In this document: one piece after another, positions 31,605 to 42,467 of the stretch
Position numbering within the stretch: position 1 is the stretch's first letter
Layout: the number at the start of each line of letters is the position of its first letter
DNA from: a virus
Taxonomy: Duplodnaviria > Heunggongvirae > Uroviricota > Caudoviricetes
Strand: one strand, 5' to 3'
Virus record (IMG/VR): IMGVR_UViG_3300021400_000025
Span: 22,479-86,478 of that record
Length of the DNA: 64,000 bases
The notes under the pieces: model-generated
The model's database searches: none
What the model was told of the DNA's origin: nothing
Seen by the model: only the letters and a program-made list of their open reading frames with translations
Program-made: the position numbers and the translations under genes

Positions 31605-31930
31605 ACTGGTTAAGACAGATATTTGGAGCGGTTTTGGTGGTTGGACTTCTTTCTGGTTGCATGAACCTCTATACACGTTGCCCATTCACCGACAAGAAGA
31701 TTGAGGACACATATCAATCCACACAGGAGACATTTGCGTTGTCCTATGTGGTGATGTTCCCACAGGTTCTTCCAATGAACGAATCTGATGGATTGGTGTG
31801 GCAGAACATCTTCACCATCCCAGTTGGATGCCTTTGCTTCGTGGATGTGGCGTTGGAAGGGGTTGTTGACACCATTTGCTGGCCATATGATTCGCATGTT
31901 TCAAAGAAGCACAAAAAGGATTTTGAATGA
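31601..31930 (+). CDS. YceK/YidQ-like lipoprotein
   Basis: Lipobox LLSG|C; DVALEGVVDTICWPYD family-like motif. Confidence 0.65.
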   Translation: MNWLRQIFGAVLVVGLLSGCMNLYTRCPFTDKKIEDTYQSTQETFALSYVVMFPQVLPMNESDGLVWQNIFTIPVGCLCFVDVALEGVVDTICWPYDSHVSKKHKKDFE

Positions 31931-32022
31931 ATTTGTGTAAATAATATTCGAGTTGAACATTCAATGACTAGTCACATGAGGGTGTTCACAAGAGACAACT
32001 AAACTCTATAGAGGAAATCAAA

Positions 32023-32850
32023 ATGAAGAAATTGAACATTACGAAGGAACAGTACGATGAGAGCAAGTATTTCAACCAGAAGTACGGTGCCCTCAAGTTT
32101 GTTTCTGAGAGCGGCAAGCTCTACAAGACCGACAAGGGCGTTGTGATTGCCCTTGAGTCCGCGAAGGACGACGATGATGAAGAGCCAAAGGGCGACGATG
32201 AGGAGCCAAAAGGTGATGATGAGCCGAAGGGTTCTGATTCCACTGAAGGCGCTGACGAGGTGAAGGATGTTGTGAAGGACGTTCTCGTTGGTGTCATTGA
32301 CACGGTGAAGGACATCGCTGCTGACAAGGGCATTGAACTCCCTGGCGAAGACGAGGGTGATGCTTCTGACGATGATGACGAGGAAGATGAAGTTGACTTT
32401 GACGACCTTGACGACGATGAACTTGACGATCTTCGCGATGGTGAGCTGGAGATTGGCGAGGGTGATGAGTGCAAGGATGGCGAGTGCAAGGGTGGCAAGT
32501 GCCTTGACAGGGAGTGTGGTGGCAAGAAGCCAGCATTCCGCGAGAGCGCAGCCCGCAAGGCTCGTCTGGCAAAGGTGCGCGAGTCCCTTCGCCGTCGGAT
32601 CCGTGCAAGGAAGGTTCTTGAATCCATCCGTCGTCGTCGCATGGTGAAGAAAATGATGGAGGCTCGCAAGGCTCGCATTGCCAAGAAGGTTCTTGAGTCT
32701 GCCCGCGAGCGCCGCCTTGCCAAGAAGGTGATGGAATCCAGGAAGCTCCGCGCAAGGAAGGTTCTTGAGTCCATTCGCAGACGCAGACTTGCCAAGAAGG
32801 TCATGGAGTCTCGCAGACTTCGCGCACGCCGAGCAAGGCTTGCGAAATAA
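32023..32850 (+). CDS. 'LNITKE' N-module protein 2 with acidic linker and Arg/Lys-rich ES repeats
   Basis: Shared N-module, D/E-rich middle, repeated KV(L/M)ES(I/A)RRRR; GTAAATA at 31937-31943; strongly biased codons. Confidence 0.8.
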   Translation: MKKLNITKEQYDESKYFNQKYGALKFVSESGKLYKTDKGVVIALESAKDDDDEEPKGDDEEPKGDDEPKGSDSTEGADEVKDVVKDVLVGVIDTVKDIAADKGIELPGEDEGDASDDDDEEDEVDFDDLDDDELDDLRDGELEIGEGDECKDGECKGGKCLDRECGGKKPAFRESAARKARLAKVRESLRRRIRARKVLESIRRRRMVKKMMEARKARIAKKVLESARERRLAKKVMESRKLRARKVLESIRRRRLAKKVMESRRLRARRARLAK

Positions 32851-32878
32851 TTAGGTTGCAAAATCTAATTGAAAGCAG

Positions 32879-32911
32879 AAAGATGCTTCCTTTACAGGAG
32901 GCATCTTTTGT
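32879..32911 (+). terminator. Terminator overlapping the next promoter
   Basis: AAAGATGCTTCCT-TTAC-AGGAGGCATCTTT stem-loop + TGTT. Confidence 0.8.
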
Positions 32912-32919
32912 TGTATAAT
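32891..32919 (+). promoter_or_regulatory. Sigma70-type promoter for metK operon
   Basis: TTTACA-N17-TATAAT; the -35 lies in the terminator loop. Confidence 0.65.
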
Positions 32920-32926
32920 ATATGTG

Positions 32927-33445
32927 ATGGAAAACAACGAAGACAAGATCATTGCAGAATTTCTTCTTGACAAGAAGCCCTTGATTCTGAAGGGGCTTGA
33001 CTACATTGACCAGAATGTGTTCAAGCCCAACTTCTTAAATGCGCTTTCTGACATGAAGTGGAAATGTGTCATTGTGCCTGATTCGGAATGGACGCCGAGC
33101 AAGTGGTTTCCAACAGAGACTTCAAACTACTATAGGGAAACAAGAATCATCAATTCATATATTTCCAGAAATCCAAACATGCTTGGCTATGGAGACAAGT
33201 GTGGTTGGGCGTACCATGAACTCGTCCATGCAGCCATATTCAGTGGCCATTTTCCAAGTGTGTTTCTGGGAATTGATTCCCCGTTCGAGTATCCATTGAA
33301 CACGGATGAAATCTACTGCTATGGCTATCAGATGAAGCATCTTATCCAAGACAAGAAGAATGGAAATCTGATGAGGTTCGCAATTGGGAAAATTCCCGGA
33401 CTTAAACCCAAACTCTGCGTATTGGCAAATGCTTTGTTCAAATGA
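32927..33445 (+). CDS. Hypothetical protein, possible zincin-like metalloprotease
   Basis: YHELVHA HExxH motif followed by DEIYCY. Confidence 0.5.
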   Translation: MENNEDKIIAEFLLDKKPLILKGLDYIDQNVFKPNFLNALSDMKWKCVIVPDSEWTPSKWFPTETSNYYRETRIINSYISRNPNMLGYGDKCGWAYHELVHAAIFSGHFPSVFLGIDSPFEYPLNTDEIYCYGYQMKHLIQDKKNGNLMRFAIGKIPGLKPKLCVLANALFK

Positions 33446-33457
33446 GAAAGGAATAAC

Positions 33458-34549
33458 ATGACAAGTTCATCAGAATTCGTATCGCAAGGACATCCCGACA
33501 GAACATGCGACAGTATTGCGTCCTACATATTGGACGAATACTTGAGGCATGATCCCAAGACAAGGTTTGCGTTGGAGGTGCAGATGAAAGATCATGTGTG
33601 CAACTTGGCTGGCGAGGTGGCATCAAAGTGGAATCCAGGGAAGTCTGGAGTGAAGCGCATGGTGAAGGAGGCTGTTGCGAAAGTTGGCTACACTGCTGAA
33701 TATGCCTCCAAGTGGCCAGATGGCGCGACATTGAATGCTGAACATGTTGTGGTCAACAACTTCATTGGGCAACAGTCACCCGATATTGCGCAGGGTGTTG
33801 ACAGGGAAGGTTGGGGAGATCAGGGTTGCTTCATGGGCATGGCTACGGACGAGAAGGAATATGACCACATGCCCAGGGACAAGTATTTCGCCAATGCGAT
33901 TGGAACGAGGCTATACAAGGCCGCATTGTCTGGAGAAGCACCCATTGGATTGGACATCAAGGTTCTTGTCTCCATCAAGGACGAGCATGTTGTGGAGCAG
34001 GTAATTGTTGCTGCACCAATGACTGCCATGAAATCTATTGTGGCAAAGGGCTTCATCAAGGGAGTGGTGGATTCAATTGCTGAACGCCATGACTACAAGG
34101 TGAATGAACTCATCGTGAATGGCACGGGCTCGTATGTCATCCATTCCACTGTTGGAGATGCGGGTGTTGTTGGCCGCAAATTGGCCGTTGACTTCTACGG
34201 CTTGAACTGCCCGATTGGTGGTGGAACTACTTGGGGCAAGGACGGAACGAAGGCCGATGTCACGTTGAACCTTGCAGCGAGGTACAACGCCATGCTTCAG
34301 ATGCTTCAACATCCTGAGAGACCAGCAACCTTTTGCAAGATTTCCTGTTGCATTGGAAAGCCAGAGTGTTTGGTGTCGTTCTTCGAGAAGAACAAGGACG
34401 AGCCTTATCACGAAAGCAAAGTCACACTTCTTCCTTCAGAGTTGAAGCAGAAGTTCGGTCTTGATGGTTCTGTTCCGGGAATGTTCTGGTCAATGTGTGA
34501 GAATGGTCTGTTCCATTATGTTGACAAGATTGCTCAATTCAATGAATAA
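33458..34549 (+). CDS. metK: S-adenosylmethionine synthetase
   Basis: SEFVSQGHPDR, QQSPDIAQGV, GWGDQG, GRKLAVDFYG, GGG..GKDGTKAD motifs. Confidence 0.93.
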   Translation: MTSSSEFVSQGHPDRTCDSIASYILDEYLRHDPKTRFALEVQMKDHVCNLAGEVASKWNPGKSGVKRMVKEAVAKVGYTAEYASKWPDGATLNAEHVVVNNFIGQQSPDIAQGVDREGWGDQGCFMGMATDEKEYDHMPRDKYFANAIGTRLYKAALSGEAPIGLDIKVLVSIKDEHVVEQVIVAAPMTAMKSIVAKGFIKGVVDSIAERHDYKVNELIVNGTGSYVIHSTVGDAGVVGRKLAVDFYGLNCPIGGGTTWGKDGTKADVTLNLAARYNAMLQMLQHPERPATFCKISCCIGKPECLVSFFEKNKDEPYHESKVTLLPSELKQKFGLDGSVPGMFWSMCENGLFHYVDKIAQFNE

Positions 34550-34567
34550 TGGTAAATAGTCAATGTT

Positions 34568-37500
34568 ATGAATTCATCTTTGACAAGACCATAGTCCCTT
34601 TAGGAACTCTACAAGACATACTTCTCCTTCGCCAATAGGTTCAAGTTCACCGACCTCCTTCGGAACTACATCCAGAACGAGGAGTGGAAGGACAAGTCGC
34701 AGGAGCCTGTTTGGGAGTTGCTTTCCAAGATCTCTGACGATATTGGGGCTGTCCTCACAGACGACATAGTGAACTACACAAGGAATGTGGTTGACATCAA
34801 CACATGCAAGGTGTCGGCGCTGTTTGAGCATGGCAAGGCGATCATGTACAATCTGGAGCATCTGGTGAATTCCCTTGCGTTTCTCCCCAAGAGGATGCAA
34901 TGCCTTGTCGACATCTTTTCGATAAACCCTGAATATCTGGTGGGCAACTTCAAGAACCACATCCTCTCTGACCAGGTTGTTCGCGAGATTCTAATCTATC
35001 TTCGGGAGAACTCCAAGAATGGGAGTCTTCTTGGGAACGACATCATGGACAAGTTGATGGAGGATCCGCATGGTCTTCTGGACATGGATGTGTATCGTAA
35101 TTTCGTGGTTGAGCTGTTCTACACCACCATTGTGCAGGCTCTGTCTGCCGGTTACAACACAGGTCTGCATCCACAAGACGAGGACACATAGACGATAGCG
35201 TCCAACATGTTGTTCTTCGAGCGGGAGCATCAACAGGAGATTGTTGCCAAGTTGGATTAGTACAAGTCATGGGTGGACAAGTTCATCTCCAATGAACGCG
35301 ACCACAAGTGGAATTCCCCAGACATGCAGATGTGGGATGTGGTGGAGACCATCAAGAACCAGAAGAGAATTTCCCCAAAGTTCAACCCATTCAAGATTGC
35401 CGACCACATCTTCCTCAATGGACTGAACCCCCAGAACAGTCTTTCCGAGGACGAAATGGATTTGGTGGAGAAGGTTCTTGAATGGAGATGGAAGACCAAA
35501 TATGACTATGAAAAGGAGTCTTTTTCATCCGACTTGTCCACTCAGGGCGCGTATTGGAAGGAGTTGGAATTCTGTGAATGGGTGAAGATGGTGATGTATG
35601 TATGCAACAATCTGAACAACTTCAACCAGGCTGTCATGTCATATGATGCGCCATCCAACAGATTCCTGTGCGATACTGGGACACTTGATGACTCCAGCGT
35701 GAAAGTTGTCCAGATGTTCTGCGAGGATGGGAAGCATGTGGTGGAGAATCCTTCCACAGGAGAGGTGGCATTGAACCGAGACATGATATTGAAGGTGGCC
35801 AAGTTCATGTGCGACTACGCATTCCACATCATGGATGTCAGGGAGAACATGAAGACCATCGCCCAGAAGCATGCGATGCGTGGCTCTTCCGCATTGCTTG
35901 TGCATCTTGTCAACGATTATCTGATGAAGGAGTTGCCGTTTGTGCGCGATGCCTTGCAGGAAGGGGATGTCCAGGACAACAGAATCAGATTTGGATGGGA
36001 GGTTTCTCCTCAACAATACAAGAACCATGGAAATGTCCATGTGCTTGAATACATGGACGACAACGAATACTTCAACATAGACCCAACAGAGGATGTTCGG
36101 TTCACCAACACCACCAACGCCAGATATTGGGAGCAGTTGGAGGGGATGGAGTATGACGATTCACTGGGCGTGTTCACCAAGGGTCAGATAAGGAAATTCT
36201 ACAGCGAGGTGCTGGGGGTGGGGAGGCTTCAGCCCAACAAGGCGAAGGACTACGATTACATACACGACTTCTTGGTGGATTTGTTCAAGATTGGCGCGAA
36301 TCCCATCAAGAAGAACGATGATGAAGATGGACTGGTGAACCCAATAGATGTCCTTGCCAACAATCTTGAAGAGGAATATGGCTACACGAAGCAGGATAGA
36401 TTGAACGTCCAGAACAATGTGGATTTGAGGAAAAGCCAGGAAATGCAGTTCATGGAGTATTTCGGTGGCAATCTGGACAATTTTTCAGGTCGGGGAATGT
36501 ACGACTACATGAACAACAGATTGTTCTATTGGAAGAACGATACATATGCATCCCATGTCCTGCATCCATTCATGTACAACTTGAAGCTGTGGAATCGGCT
36601 CAACAACATCATTGTCAATGGCTACAAGGACTATGCCAACGATTTTCTCCAGGACTACATGTTGTCCTCCAAGGTCAAGTTCGATGAGTTGTTTGGGAAA
36701 TTTGGCGAAAGCAGGAATTTCTGGAAGTACAATGTCATGGACTTGACTGGCTACACGACCAGATACGAGGCCGCGATCAAGGACGAACACAGGGACGATG
36801 ATGCTGGCACAGTAAGCAGTCTGACAGGTTATGATGGTCTGTTCTATCCAGACGCCGCGAAGGAGTTCCTTGAGTTGATGACAAGTGTGGGCGATGGGAA
36901 TTTTGAATTCAAAGACGAATTTTTCACTGGGGACGTGAGTGTATATGGGGAAGATGGAGACTGCTATTGGGATGATGGCGATGAAATTGAAAACAATGAT
37001 GACGAAATTGAGCACTGCTTCATCAATGGACGGGACGATTTCATCGCGCAGATCTATTCCGTGTATTGGCAGGTTGAGCGAACAACCTTGGTGGAAAAAA
37101 CGAGGGAGAGAAAAACTGGTGGTGGGTGGTATTTCAAAAAGGTTTCCGAGGACGATTCCTTCTACACCAAATGGTATTCCCACTTGAACTACACACGTTC
37201 TGAATACCAGAAGATTGCGATGCAGCTCTGGTATTGGAGGGACAGAATCAAGGAATTGATAACAACCGAGTATCCAATCAAGAAATATTGCCTTGACATA
37301 CAGGGGAACTCGCTTGTTCTGGTATCAACCTTCACATCAGACGACAAGGACAGCAATCCATATCTGATAGACCTTCAGTTGACGCAGACAAGGGTTGTTG
37401 ATGGCCTGGGCGTGGCTTCCACAAGAAATGCCAACAAGAATGTGTCGTTCTGCAGCAATGCCCTTCGCATGCCATCTGAGATGTGGGTGAGATGGAAGTC

Positions 37501-40500
37501 CAATCCCATTGCCATTCCTGCGTTCGACGTGTGGTACGATGTGAAGACTGGAGACATTGAGTTCGACAAGAGGTTCAGAAACGACTCATCCAACAACAAG
37601 GAGTTTGGGCAGTTGACCCATACAGACAACGATTGCAACGACAGCTTCAAGGTGGTGCTTTCAAGGTGGCGCGAGACATATGGAACTTTGCATGGCGAGT
37701 TGTTTGGACCCGGCCACAACAGATTCCCTGTGTTCTTCGATATGGAGCAGTCGGCGAATGTGTTGGCTCTTGCGTCGTGGTACATCATGCCTGAAGTGGA
37801 TAATGATGGGATTGTCCTTCTGGATGGGTTTGGAAGATCCATGGGGGCAATGTGTGGCAAGAATCCACTGCATGTGGTGTCGGTGGAGCGTCCATATTCC
37901 TCCACATTGGAGTACAATTGGACGAAGTATGAATCTGAAGTCTTCCCCACATTGAATGATAGTTCGGAGTATTGCTTTGACGCATATCACATCTGCCCCG
38001 CAGATGGCTCAATTCTTCTGCCGATGTATGGCTTTGAATGCTCTGATTCAGAAGACAACTTCAAGCAGATTTTGAAGTGGAAGATGTATGTCATCCCAGC
38101 GAGAAGGTTGAAGAGAAAGGACTTTTCTGCCAATCCCAGAATGATCCTCTTGGATGGGAAAATGGACTTGAACAAGGAGATTCATCTGGATTCATCCAAT
38201 TCGCCAAAGACGCTTTTCTTTGGGCACAACGTGAAGGTGTGCCGCAACACCAATGTGGTTTTCGCCCCATGCGACAACAATGGCGTGAACATGCTGAGGT
38301 TGGCGTTAATGGGCACTTTCGTGGATGGACAGGAACTTGATTCGTTCAAGTCCAGCTCTTGCCACGCCAAGACGAGATACGAGTTTGATTCGCGCAATGT
38401 GCAAGAGCTGTCCATGTTGAAGGGGAGGTATTTCGATCAGAGCGCGACACCTCAATATATTGATGATGGCATAAGGAGAAGGAAGTTCAACTCATATGAT
38501 TCCCTTGACAAGTACGCATTGGTTGTGGATTTCAAGATTCCTTTGGATGAACATGAAGTTTTCAAGCAATTGGGTGGACAACCCACTGGCATGGCATACA
38601 ACATATTGGGTGATGCGGGATGCATTCCACATTTCGCCAACCAGTCCTTGGTGAAGTATGCTGAATCTGATGGTGGCACCGCGTACACTTGGAAGAATGC
38701 CTTTTTGAATGGCAAAAACCACATGCAATTCGAGTTGTTGGGGCTTGATGATGTGAATGTCGCCAAGACCTATGACTTCATGCAGAGGATGGTGGTGGAT
38801 GATTTGACCGACAACTGCCAGACATTGTTGTGTCCGGCCAAATTCATGGACGATATATACCGCATATGGTGTTGTTCAAGGACTCGAAAGACAAGGTTTG
38901 GGGATTTCCCATATGACATGTATTTCGAGAGCGAGTACAAGGACTATGCCAACCCCAGATTGGAGTTCTACCCCGGCGAGAATGCGATGACATGGACTCC
39001 ATAGGGCGAGGATTTCGCATTGGACATTCCAGAGGGGCAGGATGTGCGCGCTGCGCTTGACAACACATATGTCTCAATCCTCAGAGCGTCTGATGGGATA
39101 ATCCAGAACGAAAAGAGATACATCTTGAGACCTACGCCAATCTCCCAGTTCATCTTTGGTGGAACTGATGCATAGAGTGGTGGGTATGTCAAGTGCAACC
39201 TCTCCAAGTGGCAGTCTGCCAACATAGTGGGCAATCAAAGAAGACCCGCGCAGACAATATTCACCGGAACCCAACCTCCATTCAACTACGACAACGATGG
39301 CGAGAGGATGTATTCTCTTCCCGAGGAACTGCAATATGGCAATGGCATATGTGGGGTGTCCGAGATTGGCTTGTCTGTGGATGTTGTGGATGTTGTGGTG
39401 AACCATGTTGCGATGGAGGACGACTTCCAGCCAATCTACAACGAAGATGGAAGCAGAAAGACCATTTCCAAGACGGTAAAGGCGGTGAAGCCAACTGTGA
39501 GGTTCAAGAAGTTCACGATGCCTGAGAACCCATCATTGTCCGATGTGGTGCAGAACAATGTGAGCGTCATAGCCCCAGGGGAGATTCTGGTGGTGTTTTC
39601 GCGCAAGAATGTGGACGACATAGCGAAGTATCACATCCTCAGCAAATCGTCCAATCTGTTCTTCTATGGATCTCTTCCAAAGAGTCCAGCCCAGCATCCC
39701 AACGAGATTCAATATTCTGACTTCAAGGTTGACACCAGCCTTAGATTGGAGCAGACATCTGAGACATCATGGAGATCCATTTCGGTGGATTCAGATGGAA
39801 GACCGTTGTTGGAGTTCAATCTGGATGATGTCAAGTCCAAGCGCAACGACAATCTCCCACCATATCATGTGGAGGTTGGTGGACAGGAATGGATTCTTCA
39901 ACAAGGTTCAGACTATCCTGTGAATGGCTACAAGAAATTGGAGATGGAGGACTTGCCAGAGATTCCGGCCCATAGGGGGAACACTGCGGCATACGCCATC
40001 CCAGACAAAGGTGGATTTGTGCTTGCTCACAAGGTCAAGGAAGTGCCCATGGGATATCTGGACTACCTCTATGTCAAGAATGGGGCGTTGGCGTTCAAGA
40101 TAAGCGAGGAGTCTGAATCCTTCTCGGAGACATTCTCCATGACACCCCCATTCTATGTGGACGAGGTGTTGAAGAACAAGTTGGAGGACTTGAACGATGT
40201 TTAGATTCTCCAGGATTCTTCAACGTTCATCCACCAGAGCGAAGATCCCAGCAAGGTAAGTGGTTGCTCTGCGCTCAATCCAGTGGCGATGGACGCGGTG
40301 ATTGACTATGGCATCGAGGAGGCGGATTTGGACGATTCCAGACAGATAATCTGCACTGAGGATGGAAAGGCGATCCAACTGGACAACATGGACATGAAGA
40401 CCAGACTTCTTCTTCAGCTTGATGAGAACGAGATTGACGATTATCTCAAGATATACACCAACTATGTGAGGGTGGACGACAAGCATGGGGATTGGCACTA

Positions 40501-41587
40501 TGATCTCTACTTCAACATCCAGAATCTGTTCAACCCACCATTTGAATACATCTCCTCCATCACACATCAACCAAATGTGCTTGTCCTCCCAGATTCTTAT
40601 CTGCGTCTCAGTGGGGACAAGTTCAAGAAGGTGTATGACGAGAATGGGGTTTGGACGCACAATGAGATAGACCCAGAGAAGGTTGAGCAGTTGAAGAAGG
40701 GTGGCAAGCTGTCCCTGTATGGGCAAATCAAGGCATTCTCCAACGACAGGCTGGTGGGCGTCAGATTGGTCAAGTTGTTCACCTACACAATCCACAACAT
40801 TTCGGACGACAAGCCAAAGTTCCTTATTGAGAAGACATTCGACATCACCAAGTCCTCCTTGACATCCTCGGAGGGGAATCCTCTGAAGATTGAGTTCTCT
40901 GATGTGATGTGGCAGATGAAGCCAGAATGGTACGAGGATGACCAGTTCAAGGTGTTGAAGGAAGATGTTGTTGTGGTGCAGCCTGTCAAGATACACTATG
41001 ATTGGAGTGCCACAGACGATAATAGAATAAGTAGAATATCATTTGACATAGTCAACGACATGATTGACTTCGACAATTGCCCTGAGTTGTGTGGATATGA
41101 CGAACATGTGCATGCGTTGAAGAGATGGGATGGCGAATCCACCCACACGCACTACGATAGATGGAGCGACAGATGCATGGAGCTGAAGGTGGATCCAACC
41201 ACCAAAATCCCCAGGATGACCTTGACTTGGGATGAGGGTTGTGGGTACAACTTCGAGACTGTGTATTTGAAGTGGAGAGTTCCAAAGGGATTCAACGCGA
41301 TGGACATCATGGACAGGCTTCAGGGATATGCGTTCTCATCCACTGCCGAGAATGTGGTGGTGGATTGCCACAACCCAAGTTCGCATCCAATGGAGATTGT
41401 TCCAGGAAGGATTGTGATGCGCGTTCCCAAAAAGGGCGAGATGTATCTTGGTCTGGAGCATTCCACCACGCATAGGAAGAATGGATTTGTCTTGAAGGGT
41501 CTAGCAAGCACTTTGAAAGAGGCGATAGGAAAGGTTGTCTCTGAATCTGAAATGAAAACAAACGCACAGAATAGAGAGGTGAAATGA
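34568..41587 (+). CDS. Giant 2339-aa probable virion protein (seven in-frame TAGs)
   Basis: One frame from ATG 34568 to TGA 41585-41587 interrupted only by TAGs at 34592, 34601, 35189, 35258, 39002, 39173, 40202; GTAAATA at 34552-34558. Confidence 0.8.
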
Positions 41588-41588
41588 A

Positions 41589-42461
41589 ATGGGATATGCA
41601 GAAGTGAACAAGGAATTGGTTTCCAAATACAAGGTTGACGACACCATATTGGAATCCTACTTCAAGAATGCAAGCAACCAGAAGGTTGATGGGGTGGTGT
41701 TTCCATTGAGAATCGACAACAGGCAATATTGCTCCCCAACCGACTACCAGGGAAGCAAGCCGAGTTGCTGTGGCTACTCCACGGCGCAGATATTGGAATC
41801 CCTCAACTGGGCTAGAACAGGAAAGATTGTGCAGATGGATGCGGATCAGATATACGCAAAGTCCAAGGAGACGGACAAGTAGATGGGTCAGGGTGGAACA
41901 TATCCAGACTTGGCCATGGTGAAGGGGCTTGAACTGGTTCCATGGGGGTGTCAATATGCGTTGAAGACTTCCAATTCAGACGATGTGGATGTGTTGAAGC
42001 GGGCAATCCACCAGAACATGCTCGTGTCAGTGAACATGAACGTCACCAGAGACATATACGATTTGGATGGGGACAACTTCGTGTACAATGGCAATGGCAA
42101 CAAACTTGGTGGACATTCAATGGTGTGCTGTGGATATGACGAGGAATCGAAGATGCTCATCATGCAGAACCATTGGGGGACAATATGGGGGTTGAAGGGC
42201 TTCTTCCTGTGCCCATATGACGTGTGGAGAAAGCAAAACTCTTTGACTTGCTGGTATGAAAGGGTGGAAGCCACCACTTCACATGCGAAAAGGAGCAAGA
42301 CCACCAAGGTTGATGTGTCAAAACCCGAGAAGCCAAATGCTGAAAAGCCAAATGCCGAGGAACATCTTCCTGGCAAGAAGGAATCCACCACTCCTCCAGA
42401 TGTGGGTGTTTCAAGCAAGGAAATTGTAAATAGTATCACAACCAACATTCAACAAGGGTAA
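41589..42461 (+). CDS. Papain-like (C1) cysteine peptidase (290 aa, TAG at 41880-41882)
   Basis: QGSKPSCC (catalytic Cys) before the TAG; GGHSMVCCGY and QNHWG (His/Asn) after it. Confidence 0.85.
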
Positions 42462-42467
42462 AGTAAA

